Below, one piece after another: positions 26,625 through 39,993 of a stretch of DNA of 64,000 nt. Numbering within the stretch: position 1 is the stretch's first letter; every line of letters starts with the position of its first letter. The notes beneath the pieces are model-generated. The model saw only the letters and a list, made by a program, of their open reading frames with translations, had not been told where the DNA came from and did not search any database. The position numbers and the translations under genes are program-made. Source of the DNA: Psilocybe cubensis (lineage: Eukaryota); assembly GCA_017499595.2 (NCBI GenBank), contig CM039006.1:372001-436000 (forward strand), given 5' to 3'.

Positions 26625-27912
26625 ATGTCGCGGTTTGTTGTGTTTGTAATGTTATGATAGAGATTCATAGGTTCTCTCCCGCTCGAATTCTTATTCTTGA
26701 TGCGCAGGAGCGACTACTCGCTAAGGATTCGCGGCGTTTTGTTCTCTTTCCCATTCGGTACATTAAGGTGTTGTTGTTAATGTAACATTTTTTCCTTCGG
26801 GACTAACTTTGTTTGAATTGCCTTGGAACTGCCCTGTTCAGATTTGGAAAGCATACTTGCATGCTGTGACGACGTTATGGGAAGCACGTTGTGCTGGTTT
26901 ATCACGTGACTCTAAGGATTGGACTGAGTGTCTGTCATTCCAACAACGATGCGGTGGCATCTTCTTTTTCAAACTTTCTATTGCTTCTCATGGGATACAT
27001 AAGCGACTATTGGATATAATCTCCAAAGAAATTACAGTCCCAGAAGCACATTGCTATTTCAGTTTCCAGTCGGTCAAGTGGGTGTGAATTTTTTATACAT
27101 GGATTTATCTCAGGATTCGATTAACAACGTTCTAACAGTGAAAACGTCCACCAGGAGGCGATGGCCAAGATTACGCACGGTCTCACAGGAATTCGAATGG
27201 ACGATTGCGTCGATGAATGGGAACTCTTGCGTCCAAAGGAAAAATTTATGAATATTTGGACGAGATCTTCCGTGTATCCTTTCTCTGAGAGGTTGCTCGT
27301 TTTTATATTCATTCAAGGAATATTTGGTATTTCTCTGTCCCGGCTTCTACAATGGTTTTCTGGCAAAGATTACCTCCCAACTATGGTATCTACTTACACC
27401 CGGATCTTCAATGACAGGGAATGTCATGTAGACTTTGTCTCGCTGCTTTTTTATCATTTGAAAAGGCGTCCGTTAACCAGTTTTGTCAACGAATTCGTCG
27501 GGACCATTGTTAAAATCGAAAAAAAATTCGGCAGTGGTATGATAATGGTTTGTTTTTTAATGGTCCGTGTCTGATTAGCATGCTGAATATTATAGATTTG
27601 CTGGACCTTTCCGAGATAGACATTCCATTAGACGACCTGAATCGGTACGTGGAATGCAAAGCAGACGCCCTTCTGGTGTCTCTTGGGTACAAGCAATTGT
27701 ACGGTACATGTAACAAAGTATGACATTGTTCGTCTGAATTTGGGATTCAGTTGACGAGTTTTTAGGGGATCGATGATCTTATCCCTATCGTCCCTGGGGA
27801 ACTGAAAGCTGGTTTTTTTCTCGAGGAGATGGCGCTGGCGTATATCCCCCCAACTATGGAAGACGCTATTTTAGACGGACAGTTCGGTAATCATCTCCTT
27901 GACCTTTCTTGA
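26625..27912 (+). CDS. Diverged ribonucleotide reductase small subunit (R2/Rnr2 family) paralogue, predicted catalytically inactive; start uncertain (26625 or 26654)
   Basis: Spliced reading ERLLAKDSRRFVLFPIRYIK / IWKAY..DSKDW..ITVPEAHCYFSFQ / ENVHQE..FSERLLVFIFIQGIF..NDRECHVDF..KIEKKF / YVECKADALLVSLGY / KAGFF..stop 27910-27912 aligns by eye along the length of eukaryotic R2; no internal stops with GT-AG introns. Confidence 0.85.
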
Positions 27913-28213
27913 ACATGTTATATGGTTTATTCATACTTTTTGTTGATGTAATATCTATGTACCCGCTACTGAAGGGTAAATCCTAGACACCGTGGAATAA
28001 TACAACTTCCTGTTGAAATTAAACCCTTGTCATAGAGTTCTGGATGGGAAGGTGAATACTGTTTCATTCCAATTATCCGTCTGTGGTGATTTTGCGCTCT
28101 TTAGACTGTATGCCCAGTATCAATCTCGGAAAACTCCAAGCGCGTGGCAATCTATCAGTTCATATTACTGTGACTATCCACCCAACCAATGTCCACTTAT
28201 TATGCTGTGACTA

Positions 28214-28375
28214 ATGTACTCCCACCCCGCGCCCGCGCAGGCGCAGGCGGCACAGCCCAAAGCACCTGAAAACGAGCTCTTCTCGTTCGACTTCCACGCA
28301 CCGTCTCTGGTGCAGAACACGGCTGTGATGGAGCAGCCGAAGAAAGACGTGAAGCAGAATATTTTGTCGTTTACA
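28214..28375 (+). pseudogene. Short fragment resembling the C-terminal region of an Agaricales ArfGAP (Age2-like)
   Basis: ELFSFDFHAP..QPKKDVKQNILS motif, isolated from any GAP domain. Family call from recall only. Confidence 0.45.
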
Positions 28376-28549
28376 TTAATCAGCGTTTGTACGCTGCCTC
28401 TGTTTTCTTGTGATTATGATAGACATTAAAATTTCATGTAGACTGTAGGTTGTACAGACTTTCTCATGCTTGGATTAGGGTATGTACCTCAATGGGTATC
28501 TTGGTATCGCTGTGCTTTTCTATACCGCTTCACTGGCGGACTCGTGTTA

Positions 28550-30370
28550 CTCTAGGAGAAGATGGTATGTATGAAGATGTTCTACGCTTTTGGATGGACA
28601 AAGACAAAGAAGGCAACACACCCGACGCGTTGCAGGAGGTTATCGAGCATCTCATGTACCAAGGAAAGGCCTGTCCTCATCTATACTCGCTTGTTCTGAG
28701 GTTCTTGACCTCGACGCCGGAGCTGCTTAACCGACATCAAACTGGTTTGAAGGACATCCTGGAGCATATCGACGACGTGCAATTGATTCTCCTTGGGAGT
28801 CTTACAAGTTTTGAGTCGAAATGGAGTGGCGAGTGTCGGTTTAATGAAGCAATGGTTGATCAAGACGATCAAGGAAAGTAGGAGTGAAATTCAGAATGTA
28901 AGTTTCCCTTTCTATTTAATCTGTTCGTTGTTTTTCCTTTCGTAGGATCAAGCTCTCACGAAATCGTATCGTCTGGAGATCGTTGACAGGATAAAGCAAT
29001 TTGCTGAATTGACAAACACAGAAGAGTCTCGGGTGTTCTATGACAAGGTGCTCCAGTTACATCGACCAGCTCGATCTTCCCAGCGTGCACTTCATGTGTA
29101 ACCGTTCTTATCATCCATGGTATGTATTGTGTGTATATCTTCTTCTGCGTGTCTTCTGTACGTGTATTCCTCTAATCGCCATTCGCTTGCTCGTAGGTAC
29201 ATCGCGGACGGGCACTGGAAAATGTCAGTGCAATGTCAGTGCGGTCAGTGCATGTCAGTGCATACCACAGCAATGTCAGTGTAAACTGCAGTGATGTCAG
29301 TGCAGTGTCAGTGCATGTTTCAAATCATCTATAAATTGGTCAGGGTGTGTCAGTGCGTCCTGGGTTATGTTAGTGCGTTGGTTAGTTCATCGTGTGGTGG
29401 CAAAGTTTTTACTTGTTAGATTGAAAGTCGTGGGCCGTGAGAAAGTTAACTTAGGGAGGATTAAAACATACAGTCTCGGAATTTATGGGCCAGACATGGC
29501 TAAATAACAAGATATAGAAGTAGACATATATTTTCTACATTTTCAAGTAATGATCCGGTGTACTAAATCAAGCATAGATGTTGGAAAATGAATGAATTAT
29601 GCTGGAATCATTAGATAGACGCCTCAGAGTATCCCTGTGTATAAATGATCCAATATGCTTGTTTGACAATGATTTGGGATCATACTTGGCTGCAGGCGCA
29701 ACAATGCTTTGAAATATTGGCCTTAGCTTGGGTGCGGTTTTTTAGTAGGGAGGACGTCCCTATGACACAGCTAAAAGGGAAAGGGAACTAGAAAGTCCCA
29801 TCGGTGCATCCTAGTTGAGCAGGTCTTTGGGACAGTTGATGGACCAGAGGTAATTCATACCAGTCTACCTACCTACCATTGTGTTCTTCGTTTGAAATAA
29901 AAGATAACATGATTATAAGGTAAAAATAATGTCAGTGCATCGTCAGTGCACCATTACTGAAAGTCAGTTTATGTCAGTGCATGTGAGTGCACCGTCAGTG
30001 CATGTGAGTGCATCGTCAGTGCATGTAAGTGCACCGTCAGTGCATGTCAGTGCACAGTCAGTGCAAATGCTTGGCGGTCAGTGCATGTGTCAGTGCATCA
30101 ACTCTTGGCAGTCAGTGTTAAAATAATTCTAGGAGGATACTAGATTTCCAGACACTTAAAATCCGGTCAAAATCCATCTAAGTAATCCTGCAATAAACAT
30201 AGTTTTATTGTATAGAAGTACAGACTTCAATTTTTTCACAAATCCTAAGTGATGTCAGTGCATGTCAGTGCATAGACATTATATTGTCAGTGAATGTCAG
30301 TGCCGACGTGCACTTACATGCACTGACATGCACTGACATTTCTTGTTGCCCATCGCGGACAACGAAGTCG
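28550..30370 (+). pseudogene. Vps11/Pep5 C-terminal fragment, frameshifted and interrupted by a MITE
   Basis: MYEDVLRFWMD..HLYSLVLRFLTSTPELL..VASVGLMKQWL..; RING start QLDLPSVHFMCNRSYH; last exon R-Y-I-A-D|N-E-V split by the insertion at 29210-30351. Confidence 0.78.
29210..30351. mobile_element. Non-autonomous TIR element (Mutator-like MITE), 1142 bp, 9-bp TSD
   Basis: TSD ATCGCGGAC at 29201-29209 and 30352-30360. TIRs gggcactggaaaatgtcagtgca / tgcactgacatttcttgttgccc. Many GTCAGTGCA subterminal repeats. Confidence 0.88.
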
Positions 30371-30384
30371 GTAATAACATGGAG

Positions 30385-30546
30385 ATTTGTTTGAAGGGCG
30401 GTGGTGTTATACCAACGTCTGTCTGTCCGGAATGCGGTGAAGCTAATAGAGGAGTGTTTCACATGTTGCTTGACACAAATACTGTAGATTCACGTTTCGA
30501 AGGAATCCTCAGGGACATGGGCGTCACTGATCGAGTTTTCTACTGA
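30385..30546 (+). pseudogene. Fragment resembling an RZ-type zinc finger C-terminus (ZNFX1/RNF213-like fungal proteins)
   Basis: GGVIPTSVCPECGEANRGVFHMLLDTNTVDSRFE resembles GGAM..CPECG..IGG..H.LL..N..FE. Confidence 0.4.
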
Positions 30547-31181
30547 CACAGACAGTGTATCTCATGACAAACGTGGTCTTATATTTCTGAACCTGGTGAA
30601 ATGATAGTTTAAATAAATAAATGTCATATGCAATGAAGCTCATGTACTTTGTACTGAATCGCGAACGATCGCAAAGCAACCTCCATCAACTTAAATAATT
30701 CCCGTGATTGAAAGGAAGTGGGTTTTGTGGTTTTTTTTTTAATCGCCAAATTTTGGCGCGTTGGGTCGTGTCTCTGCAACCATTTACATAAACTCATACG
30801 TTTCACGGTCAAATTCGGTCCGCTGATCCTCTTTTTCCTTGTGCAGTTTCCGTGTGGCAATGTTTTGTTTCACGAACTCTTTCGTTGTTGACCCATGTAT
30901 CGTTGCTTATGGTCTGCTTTTATATTGAGATAGCCTCCAGGCCTGTGTCTGTCCCGTTTGACTCTGTAAATACCCATTCTTTACTGTTTCGCTTTCCTTT
31001 AAATTTCTACGCTTGTTCTTCGTTGTATCGCTGCTATTGACCATTTTTAACAGTGACATCACTCCTAACCTATCTCTTACGTCTGCTGTGCGATTTGTCG
31101 TATTGTCGGAGGAGTTAGATGTCGACTCAGTCATTGGCGATAGTTAGTTGCCTGTTTGTGAAGTGTATAAGGTGCGTGTCT

Positions 31182-31232
31182 GTTTTTTTTTTTTTTTTTT
31201 TAGTTGTATTCTAATCCTCAATACCTGATTAT

Positions 31233-31282
<50 letters not shown>
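31182..31282. repeat. Long poly-T tracts
   Basis: Run of about 20 T near 31183-31201 and of nearly 50 T near 31234-31282. Confidence 0.9.
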
Positions 31283-31284
<2 letters not shown>

Positions 31285-34200
31285 CTACAAATTGCTTAAT
31301 TACATGCCTTACAAAATCCAATTTCATACCTACGAATTGCTTAATCCCATGCCTTACAACAATATTCAATAACATGCATTTTACCTCTCTGAAAAGTATG
31401 ATTTGTATACTCTGCCAAACAGTCGTTGGCATTGCCGGTGTCGAACGGTGTCACCGTGAATTATAAAATAGGGGCATGTTTACTACTGACGCTAATTCCA
31501 AACAAACGGACCGCGTCGGATTTGACTGCGGGCCCCAAGCATGATTTTTTTTCCACCATTTTTTCGAGGTCGATTGTCGTTCAGTCTCAGCGACATCGAT
31601 CTCAGTACCACTAATCATCGTTTACGATATTGCACGCCATAGTCACTCCAAAAGCTTCATCATCAACCCTTAGAATCCTCAGAAGGGACTTTACTCGAAC
31701 CGGCAAAAGATGATCGTCACTGTACAGGAAGGCTAGCACTTGTCTACCTAGACCTACCACCTTGCAACATATCATATCATATACACGTACACCGAGGCAA
31801 CATCTTCGCAGGCCATATACTACAACAGCGACCGGGCAGTACCGTCATCTTCCGACACTTCCCCACCCAACACGAATATGAACCAGAACCGGAATCAGAA
31901 ATAAATCCCATAACATTCGCTGACCCTCGTCGGCCCGACCTGTTCTACTATTACACTCCCGTTCCAATGCCATTCTCACCCGTGCTCCCGGCCTTCGCAC
32001 TGTCATATTTTGATACTCTTCCCTGCTAGTGCTGTTGGCGGGGAGGGCTCCGAAGCATTGATTGGGTGGCTTCCTGTACAGACGACTGTCGAAGGAGGAG
32101 TGAAGGGAGGGGCAATACATGGAGAAGGGCAGGGTTCAGCGTTGGATGATTTCATAGGGAACGGTAAGTCTTGTATTCAATTTCCTCTCTGCTTGAGCGC
32201 GTAGAAAGTGCGGCGGGTGCGGTTTATGCTGCCCTGCACCCCACCCTTTCTGTTTATCTGAAAACAAGAAAATTCTTAACTGATACTCTGATATCGATAC
32301 GATGAAGCAACAGACAAATTTCTCTCGTTCCTGCACATCACCATCCAAACTGTACTTGAACAGGGACAAGACGATATTCGGAGAGATGCCGCTATTGCCC
32401 ATGGGAATGGCTGGATGCATATTGGCGGTAGGTCTCTTTGCTTCCATTCCTTAAACCTATTTCAGTTCTTCGAACCGAGACCCCACTTAAATACGGGTCA
32501 AAACTCATGTTTATTTCGCCTATGTATGTGCGGTGAATAGATCAGCGGAATATTCAAGTACTGGGACGCGTCGGTGATCCAGACGAAATCTTAGTGTCTG
32601 TGCTCGTGCAGGATGGAAAGGTGAATGATTCAATGATAATCTCTCTTCACGTCGCTCCCTTTAAAGCCACTTCCAATCATCCCCATATCCATGACCGTAT
32701 GCTGACCCAACAATTTTTCCCTCTCCAAACACCCAGATTGTACCAGGCACATACGATGCCATGCCTTCATATCTGATATGCACCGTCGATGGTGTGTTGC
32801 AGTTCATTCTCGTGCTCGTTGGATGTCTTAGGGAAGTCTTGGTCCAGTCTTGGGCCGCTACTGCTGATGTAGACCAGGCGTATTCAGTGGGATGAGCACC
32901 TTAAACCTGGAGCCAAAAGCTGACGTGATTCGAAAATGTTGGTAACCGGACTTGAATGGCAAAGCGACGAGCGTGCCGCTGCAAATGGAAATGTCCACTT
33001 CACCTTCAACCGTCACCATCACCACCACCCCTCTTCAAGGTTCCAACAAGACACCACCAGTCCCCTTCAAGGCTCTAAAAACATTTACATGGACTCGAAT
33101 CGTACGGTAGTATTGTTTCGACGGACAATATAAACGAGCTCTGCGCGGGTTAGTCTATATGGATGTGGGCTACACAACAGACACCAGCGGTACGTACCTG
33201 GATGTACTACAACCAACCATCGCTAACACATCCTTCAAAACTTCAACGATACACCCGCGTGGACTCGACCCGCGACCGTATACTGGACGATAAACGGGTC
33301 AGTGTGTATAAATGGACACTGCAGACATATCTGGTATGCACCTGCATTACATACCAAACCACTCTCCCTAATACACTCAGAACACCGCCAATCGTCTGTT
33401 CAGCGCCGTCCGGTCATGACTGACGGAGGTGTACCTGTATTATGTTAGTGATACTGGACTCGGTCTCTCAGCATGGCAGGTATACACCTGCATTCCATAC
33501 CCTCAACACCCACTCAGAACCCTACCCGTTGAGTGTCTGTCGCCGTTTTCCACCACTGCTGATGGACTGTTCAGTTAGTCCACTTCACTTACTATACTCG
33601 ATAATGTGTGCTGCGCCGCAGCTTGGAAGTCGCGTCGGGAATGTCAAGGTTCGTGCAGATCAGCTGGTATAATTAATCACTATCTAGTCACCCTACCCGT
33701 ATCTGCTAATCCCACCAAGCACAGCAATTGCAGTGTCCTTCCACCCATCCCTCAACTGGTCAGACTGGGCTTGTTGGTGATGACGGTAATCAGACGGAGA
33801 TCCGTGTATAGGCAGTAACGTGTTTATTGACCTACAGGTGTGGATGCAAAGTCAATCATCATGCGAGGAGACAAAGGACGTATAGGGTACGTATCTTTTC
33901 TACTGGTCATTCGGGTTAACGACGCGTCCCATGTTCAATAACACGCAGTTCGACTGTGAGTCGGGCGCGGTAGGCCACGTCGTATCCCAGTATTGTGCTG
34001 GGTGACATGTAAGAGGCTGAGACTCACCTGACCAGCATGCTAGCGTGGCGCGATCCGTCGTCAAGTGCATTCTCCGTGGGGTGCTCCTTGGACAACAGGT
34101 GTCGTGTCAGAGTCAGCAATAGCAGAAAGACGATGACAAACCGTGACTTACTAATCAGCCGCGGCGCACCACGTCCGGGTGGCACAGAGGACCGAACATT

Positions 34201-35113
34201 ATCAAGGCGCGTCAGTACTGCCTCCGCAACGGGACATCACAGCACAGTACCGCATTGTTAGGAATCGATGATAGACGATGGACGGAATGAGTAGTCAAAT
34301 CGATAATGTCATCGCAGTTGGGAAGCGGATAGATTGGGAGCCGCGTGCACGACAAACAGGAAGGTAGAAAGGTAGTAAAGCGATAGCGGCAACTGGTTTA
34401 TGCTGATTGTTGATGGAAGGGTATCAGCACAGCAGTGATGCTGATCCTTGTCGTCGAAAAGGTATTCCCAGTATGACTCTCACAACATCGACAATGCTAA
34501 ATGGTATAGAGTGTCCAGTTTAACGGTAAAATGATCCATAATGATGTATATCGTCGGGAGTATAATGATATGACTAACTCCTCTCGGTGCCAAGTACGTA
34601 AGGTACAGTACAATAGAATTAGACTGCAATGCGATGTGCTGGGCAAAACCTTTAGCTGTCACGGAAGCTGAGTACCGCGCGCGGTGTGTAGACCTTCTAC
34701 TAGACACGAGACAGAACTGTGACGGCGGTGTGTAGACCTCCTATGGATATCCCATCATGAAAATTTCCTTCAATGTAATGAGATTAGTCCATCATTGCAG
34801 TGAACATTGTACAGGACAGTATCGACACATTACGGAAGTTTACCAACACTTCTCGTCCGAAATGACTGGTCTTCTCGTCTACTCACTGTCACTTGTATAC
34901 GCGTAATAAGCGCGCCTTTACATCCTCCGCGTACCGATAGTCTCTTGTTACATAATGGCCAATGTGCTCGGACTATCCCTTGTCATCCAATTCAATGCTC
35001 GACGTCAACATTTCGGAACTGAAGTCAGACGGTTTCTCACGTCAGACGGTAGTTCATCTTAACTCACACGGCAACCACGCGATCGAATGACAAGGGTCAA
35101 GGCCAAAGGTCTA

Positions 35114-36090
35114 CAGTTGAGGACAATCAAAGACATCAATTTTTTTGCACGAATTATGTAGTCTATGACACACATGTAGGGTGCCTCGAAACTGTTTTAA
35201 TAGGTAATACTACGTCTAATTAAACGATTTGCACGAGCAGATTTTTCAGATTCAACTTTTTTGGAAAAAATTTCCCAAAAAATTTGGCGGTGGTCAAAAA
35301 AATTCGCTAAATTCTCGAAAAATTCATTTTTAGATAGCTTTTGATATTCTGGGTTCGCGCCTGAAATATCAAAAAAAATTATCGAGCCGTTCCGCTTAAA
35401 TAAATTCGGCAAGATGCCACCTAACGGCAGACCACCCAGGCAAATGAGGAACATTTCCGGCCAAAAACAATAACTTCCTCAATCTTCTTTTCTCTAAAGG
35501 CCATGAATGCATTTTGAGCGAAAATTCTGTTGCAAATTGAACCCTGTAGAACTGGCAAGCTATTATACTTTTTAGCTATGGCTATTCATATTCATAAACT
35601 ATGTCTATAGTGCTGTGGATGACTGTGCAATACTGCTATTGTGAAGTTGAAAAGAAGACATTTCAAGAAGCAGCTAGGATATAGAATCTGAGCAAAAAAA
35701 CACATCTTGAAGCACTTCCAAAGGATGTTCCACCAAAAATATTCGTTGTTTCATCAATTGCTCCTGGCGTTTTACGGGTGCTCATCTTGATTTGACGGCG
35801 AGTACATCGGCATGGGCAGTGAGAAAGCAAAAGTAGGCCCGCCGATTTTTCAGCGAGTCATTTGTGGTAAATTTTGGAGTCGCCGAGCTGCCCGGTACCA
35901 AGTAACATGACTATATTTTGAAAAATTTTGGCCAAAAAATTTGGCGGTGGTCAAAACCTCGTGGGAATTTTACGAAAAGTGTGTTTTTAGACGCTATTTG
36001 ACCGTCCGAGTTTGAATCCGTCGTTAGTTTTTGCCAGAAAATTCGCGTTCCTGAGATACAAAATTTGATGTCTTTGATTGTCCTCAACTA
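35114..36090. mobile_element. Non-autonomous Tc1/mariner-like MITE, 977 bp, TA TSD
   Basis: TA|cagttgaggacaatcaaagacatcaa ... ttgatgtctttgattgtcctcaacta|TA (terminal mismatch). Internal direct repeat aaaatttggcggtggtcaaaa near 35279 and 35937. No coding capacity. Confidence 0.85.
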
Positions 36091-39000
36091 TACGTCCCAG
36101 CGGGCTCTAGATGAAGCATCATCACAGAACCATCTAATGAAACGAGTATCATCGATGACGTCATACGCCACCCATTGACCAAATTTGATAAACCCTTCTA
36201 GAATATTACATTGATAGGCGGCGATAGTGAGACGGCAAACCCACGGACCTTTATACGTCAGCATCTGGAAAGGGAATAGTTAAGTAATGAAGAGGCTAGT
36301 GGGAAGGGACGAAGTCATAAGGATATAGACAAAGAGGAATACCCTTTGCCCTCACAATCGGTTCTTCAAGAAGTTAACGCTATACGAGCAAGTTGCCGTC
36401 GGACCATGCAATGGATAGCTTCCGATAGGCAGATACCAGTAACGTCATCATGGTATGAATTACCAATTACCGCAAGGTTTCTGTCAGTCATATCGGTTCA
36501 TGATCAGTATAGAAAATCACCTGAATAAGCCTTGTAATACATCAATGACTTGATAGTAGATAGTATTTACACAAATCCTATTCTCAACTATGATTTCTAT
36601 CTATTTCTGATAGGAAAAGTGGTTGTATAAACAAATATTTTAACTGTAATACAGATATACATAATGACATTTGAATTCAAATTAAATCCACAAAATATAA
36701 ATTCAATAAATTTGTCACCATGCCACTGACATATATCATTATTACTTAAACGCTAATATGAACACACCACATTTATTTAAATAATACACTAGAACCAACA
36801 CACATTCAATATGACTTTCTAAATCTTGCTGTTAAATAGCTTCTAAAGGTCGTGCATGTCTACATATTGTATCAGACATATACAATGACATACTTTACTA
36901 TTTGGTTTAATATCCAATTAAAAGGATACTAACTGCAAATAGTTGCACCAAATCCGTAAAGTACGTACAATGTATATTTCTGGACAATAGATATGCACAA
37001 TATCAACATCATAGAAATGAATAGGATCTTAGCGTCACAATAAAACACCTATTCTTGATAACTATATAAAAAAAAACAAGATCAGATTCTACGTAACTGA
37101 TAAATATCAATTATATAGAATTATACATACAATGTGAAACAGGGTAATGATACTATAATATAGTTACTTTCTGATGACATACAAGTGTGTTTCTAAACTA
37201 AAAATAAAATGTGTTAAACAAATTTGTTATAAAAAGAGAAAAGTAAAAACATAACTATAAACACCTTTTTATTCGACAAGTATAATTATCATAATAGAGA
37301 GTAGAAAAAAATCAAAGGAGGCTGTGAATGTTGGTATAATGTACATTGCATACTGTCTAATATATTTGTTCAAAAGTAAAGATGACGCCATCATGAGGAA
37401 TCATTCTAAAAATACAATGTGTTTCATCATATTACGCCACTATGAGCAAAAGATCCTGAGTAATTTTAATTTGATTCTAGACTATAGAAAAAGACTCTGT
37501 GTCTAATTACGTATAAAACACAATTCAAAAAATGAAGTTATTTGCTATTAAATTAAACTATTTTATGTAAGACTATATTAATATGCAGCCCACCAATGAG
37601 TGTATATCCGAATAGTCATTGCCGGAATCAAGAAGTTTAATAGTAATAAAGTTGAACCCTGTTTCTAATTCAATGAAATTAAATCCTATTTAAATTCGGA
37701 CGTAAATAAAACGTAACAACTATAGAAGTTTCTATTCGAATTCAAAAACAACAGATCTTAGGATTATAATATTTCAGTATAAAACTGGGTTGTAACAACC
37801 TAATAGTCATTGACATTGGTCAAAGCTTTACTACAGCTTTTCTGTCTTTAAACAACATCATGGTCGAAAATACTGAAATAAACAATGCATCTCTTGGCCA
37901 AAACCAGCAACATTCAGACAATATACAATTCCATGTATGTTTAATCCATGCTCAATTCTCTACTTTAACCATTGGTTATACTCATACATTTTCTAGATTG
38001 GAACTAAAGTTTTTTTCTTTAGTCAAGGTGGGAAAGTCATATACGGAACAGTCAAGGACACGACCATTAGAGATGTATGTTGTTTGTCTAATAAAACATG
38101 ACCACTGACAAATATCTTTTTTAAAGGGAACGCTCTATGTAATTATAGAACCAGACAACCTTCATCTCTGCCATAGGCGCATATGTTTACCGTGAGTGTT
38201 CATTCCAATATTTAATATTATTATATATACTTATACAACGACCGTTATAAGAGTATTTGGTGTACTTAAAGTATAACTGGTGTAAAACTCTGTATAGCCA
38301 CGTACAAAGTCTTCCTGTAGTCACCGCTTTCAGATAACGACAGAATAAATCTTGATATTAACATGTGCACAAAAATATAACGTGACAGTACTAAATAGGA
38401 GTACGCGTCGAAAAGTCATTATACTCATGTGATTTGTTTGGTGTGACTAAGAAAGTGTAAACGGTCCCGGTCAGCGCTTCAGCGCTTCAGCAACCAAATC
38501 CACTTCATTGCAGACGTCGATTTTACTCGTGATCTACTGTCCCACATACCCTTCCCCCGTTCGCGACAAGCAGAAGCCTACCACTATGCTCATCCAGTAC
38601 AAGCGACAACTTTCCCGTAGTCTTCCTTCACATCGCCTTCGCTACGAAGTATATTTTATGCTACTTCCGCCAAACTTCCGTGTCGACACGACATCGTGGA
38701 GCTGTTTGCTACCGTCTACTCCCCTTTCCCTGTCAACGAGTCCGCTCTCACACCCTGTTCTCGTTTACTTGACAGCAGACAATATCTGGTCACCTCTGGT
38801 TTGTTACTATCAAAATCCTCATATGTTCGATGATATTCAGTGACACTCCCCCCTCATATCGAAATTCGTACTACTGCTTGTCTACTAACCATATATTCCC
38901 ATTCTCGTTCGCTCGAGTAAAGTAAAGTAGCGGCTTGTTTTTTACTGTTGACATTGTCGCTATATCAGCTACATTTTTGATATAGATAAAAATACTATCG

Positions 39001-39893
39001 TGAACAGAACATTATTCAGCGGATAACTCAGATTGATCTGGGACCTTTACTCTACTATACCAGCTAGGGTAATCATGGGAGAGAGAACCCTCCCTTGGGT
39101 GAAACGGATGCAGATGCAGATGCTAGCAGGATAGTATACGCGAATACGAAAACAGAGGATAAGAAGAGCGAAAAGCGCATTTTGATACTCTTGGGGTTCT
39201 ATTTCAACCGCGTCGGCGTTCCGGTGCCTCCCCGTGCAGGCGGCACCCCGCTACTTGTATGTCGTGGAGGATGGAGGTGCGACGGCGGAGTGTATGTCAC
39301 GGTGGTGGCGGCTGCAGCGACACGCAGGAGCGGAATGGAGGGCGTGTGCGCCATGCGCTCCATGTAGTTGTGGGCGGAAAATAATGGCGTCAGAGGAGGG
39401 GTGGAGGGCACAACACAGAGCGCTCTGTGTGTTGTGGTAGGCAAGGTGGAGCGTGGCGGCAATGCGAAAGCCATAACATACATGGCATTGTCGGAGGTGT
39501 ATCATCAGTCATCGTTCAACCCAACATGTCCTCCCCACTGGCCATCTCACCCGCTTCCCATCGCTTCATCGCTCCTCTGCACATTTTGTACGCCTCAACT
39601 TTACTAGTCATACGTGATACCACAACCATCTCTCCTGTATGCCATCGGTTCAACCCTCATCGGCCTGAGCTTCGCATAGCGAGGTACGCATTCTGCACCA
39701 ACGGATGGCCTGAATACACACCGATGAGAGTACTCAGTGTTCCACGCTGTGCAAATCAAATTACCACCGATACTATGGGGATGGAACTCAACGTGTTGCG
39801 GAGCTTCGTATGGTGCATACAGACTGCATCCAGGTGTATTATCAACTCTCTGTACGTCTTACACGCTCCAGCTCACCGCTCCGTACCCTGACC

Positions 39894-39993
39894 NNNNNNN
39901 NNNNNNNNNNNNNNNNNNNNNNNNNNNNNNNNNNNNNNNNNNNNNNNNNNNNNNNNNNNNNNNNNNNNNNNNNNNNNNNNNNNNNNNNNNNNN
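39894..39993. other. Assembly gap (100 N)
   Basis: Run of exactly 100 N, typical of a gap of unknown size. Confidence 0.99.

Noticed and set aside
29929..30126. ORF with SVHVSA repeats; superficially array-like repeats
   Set aside because: Translation of the MITE's GTCAGTGCA repeats. No unique spacers and eukaryotic context, so not CRISPR.
31600..35100. Many short ORFs with coding-like composition
   Set aside because: Possibly more captured fragments, but none could be assigned without a search.
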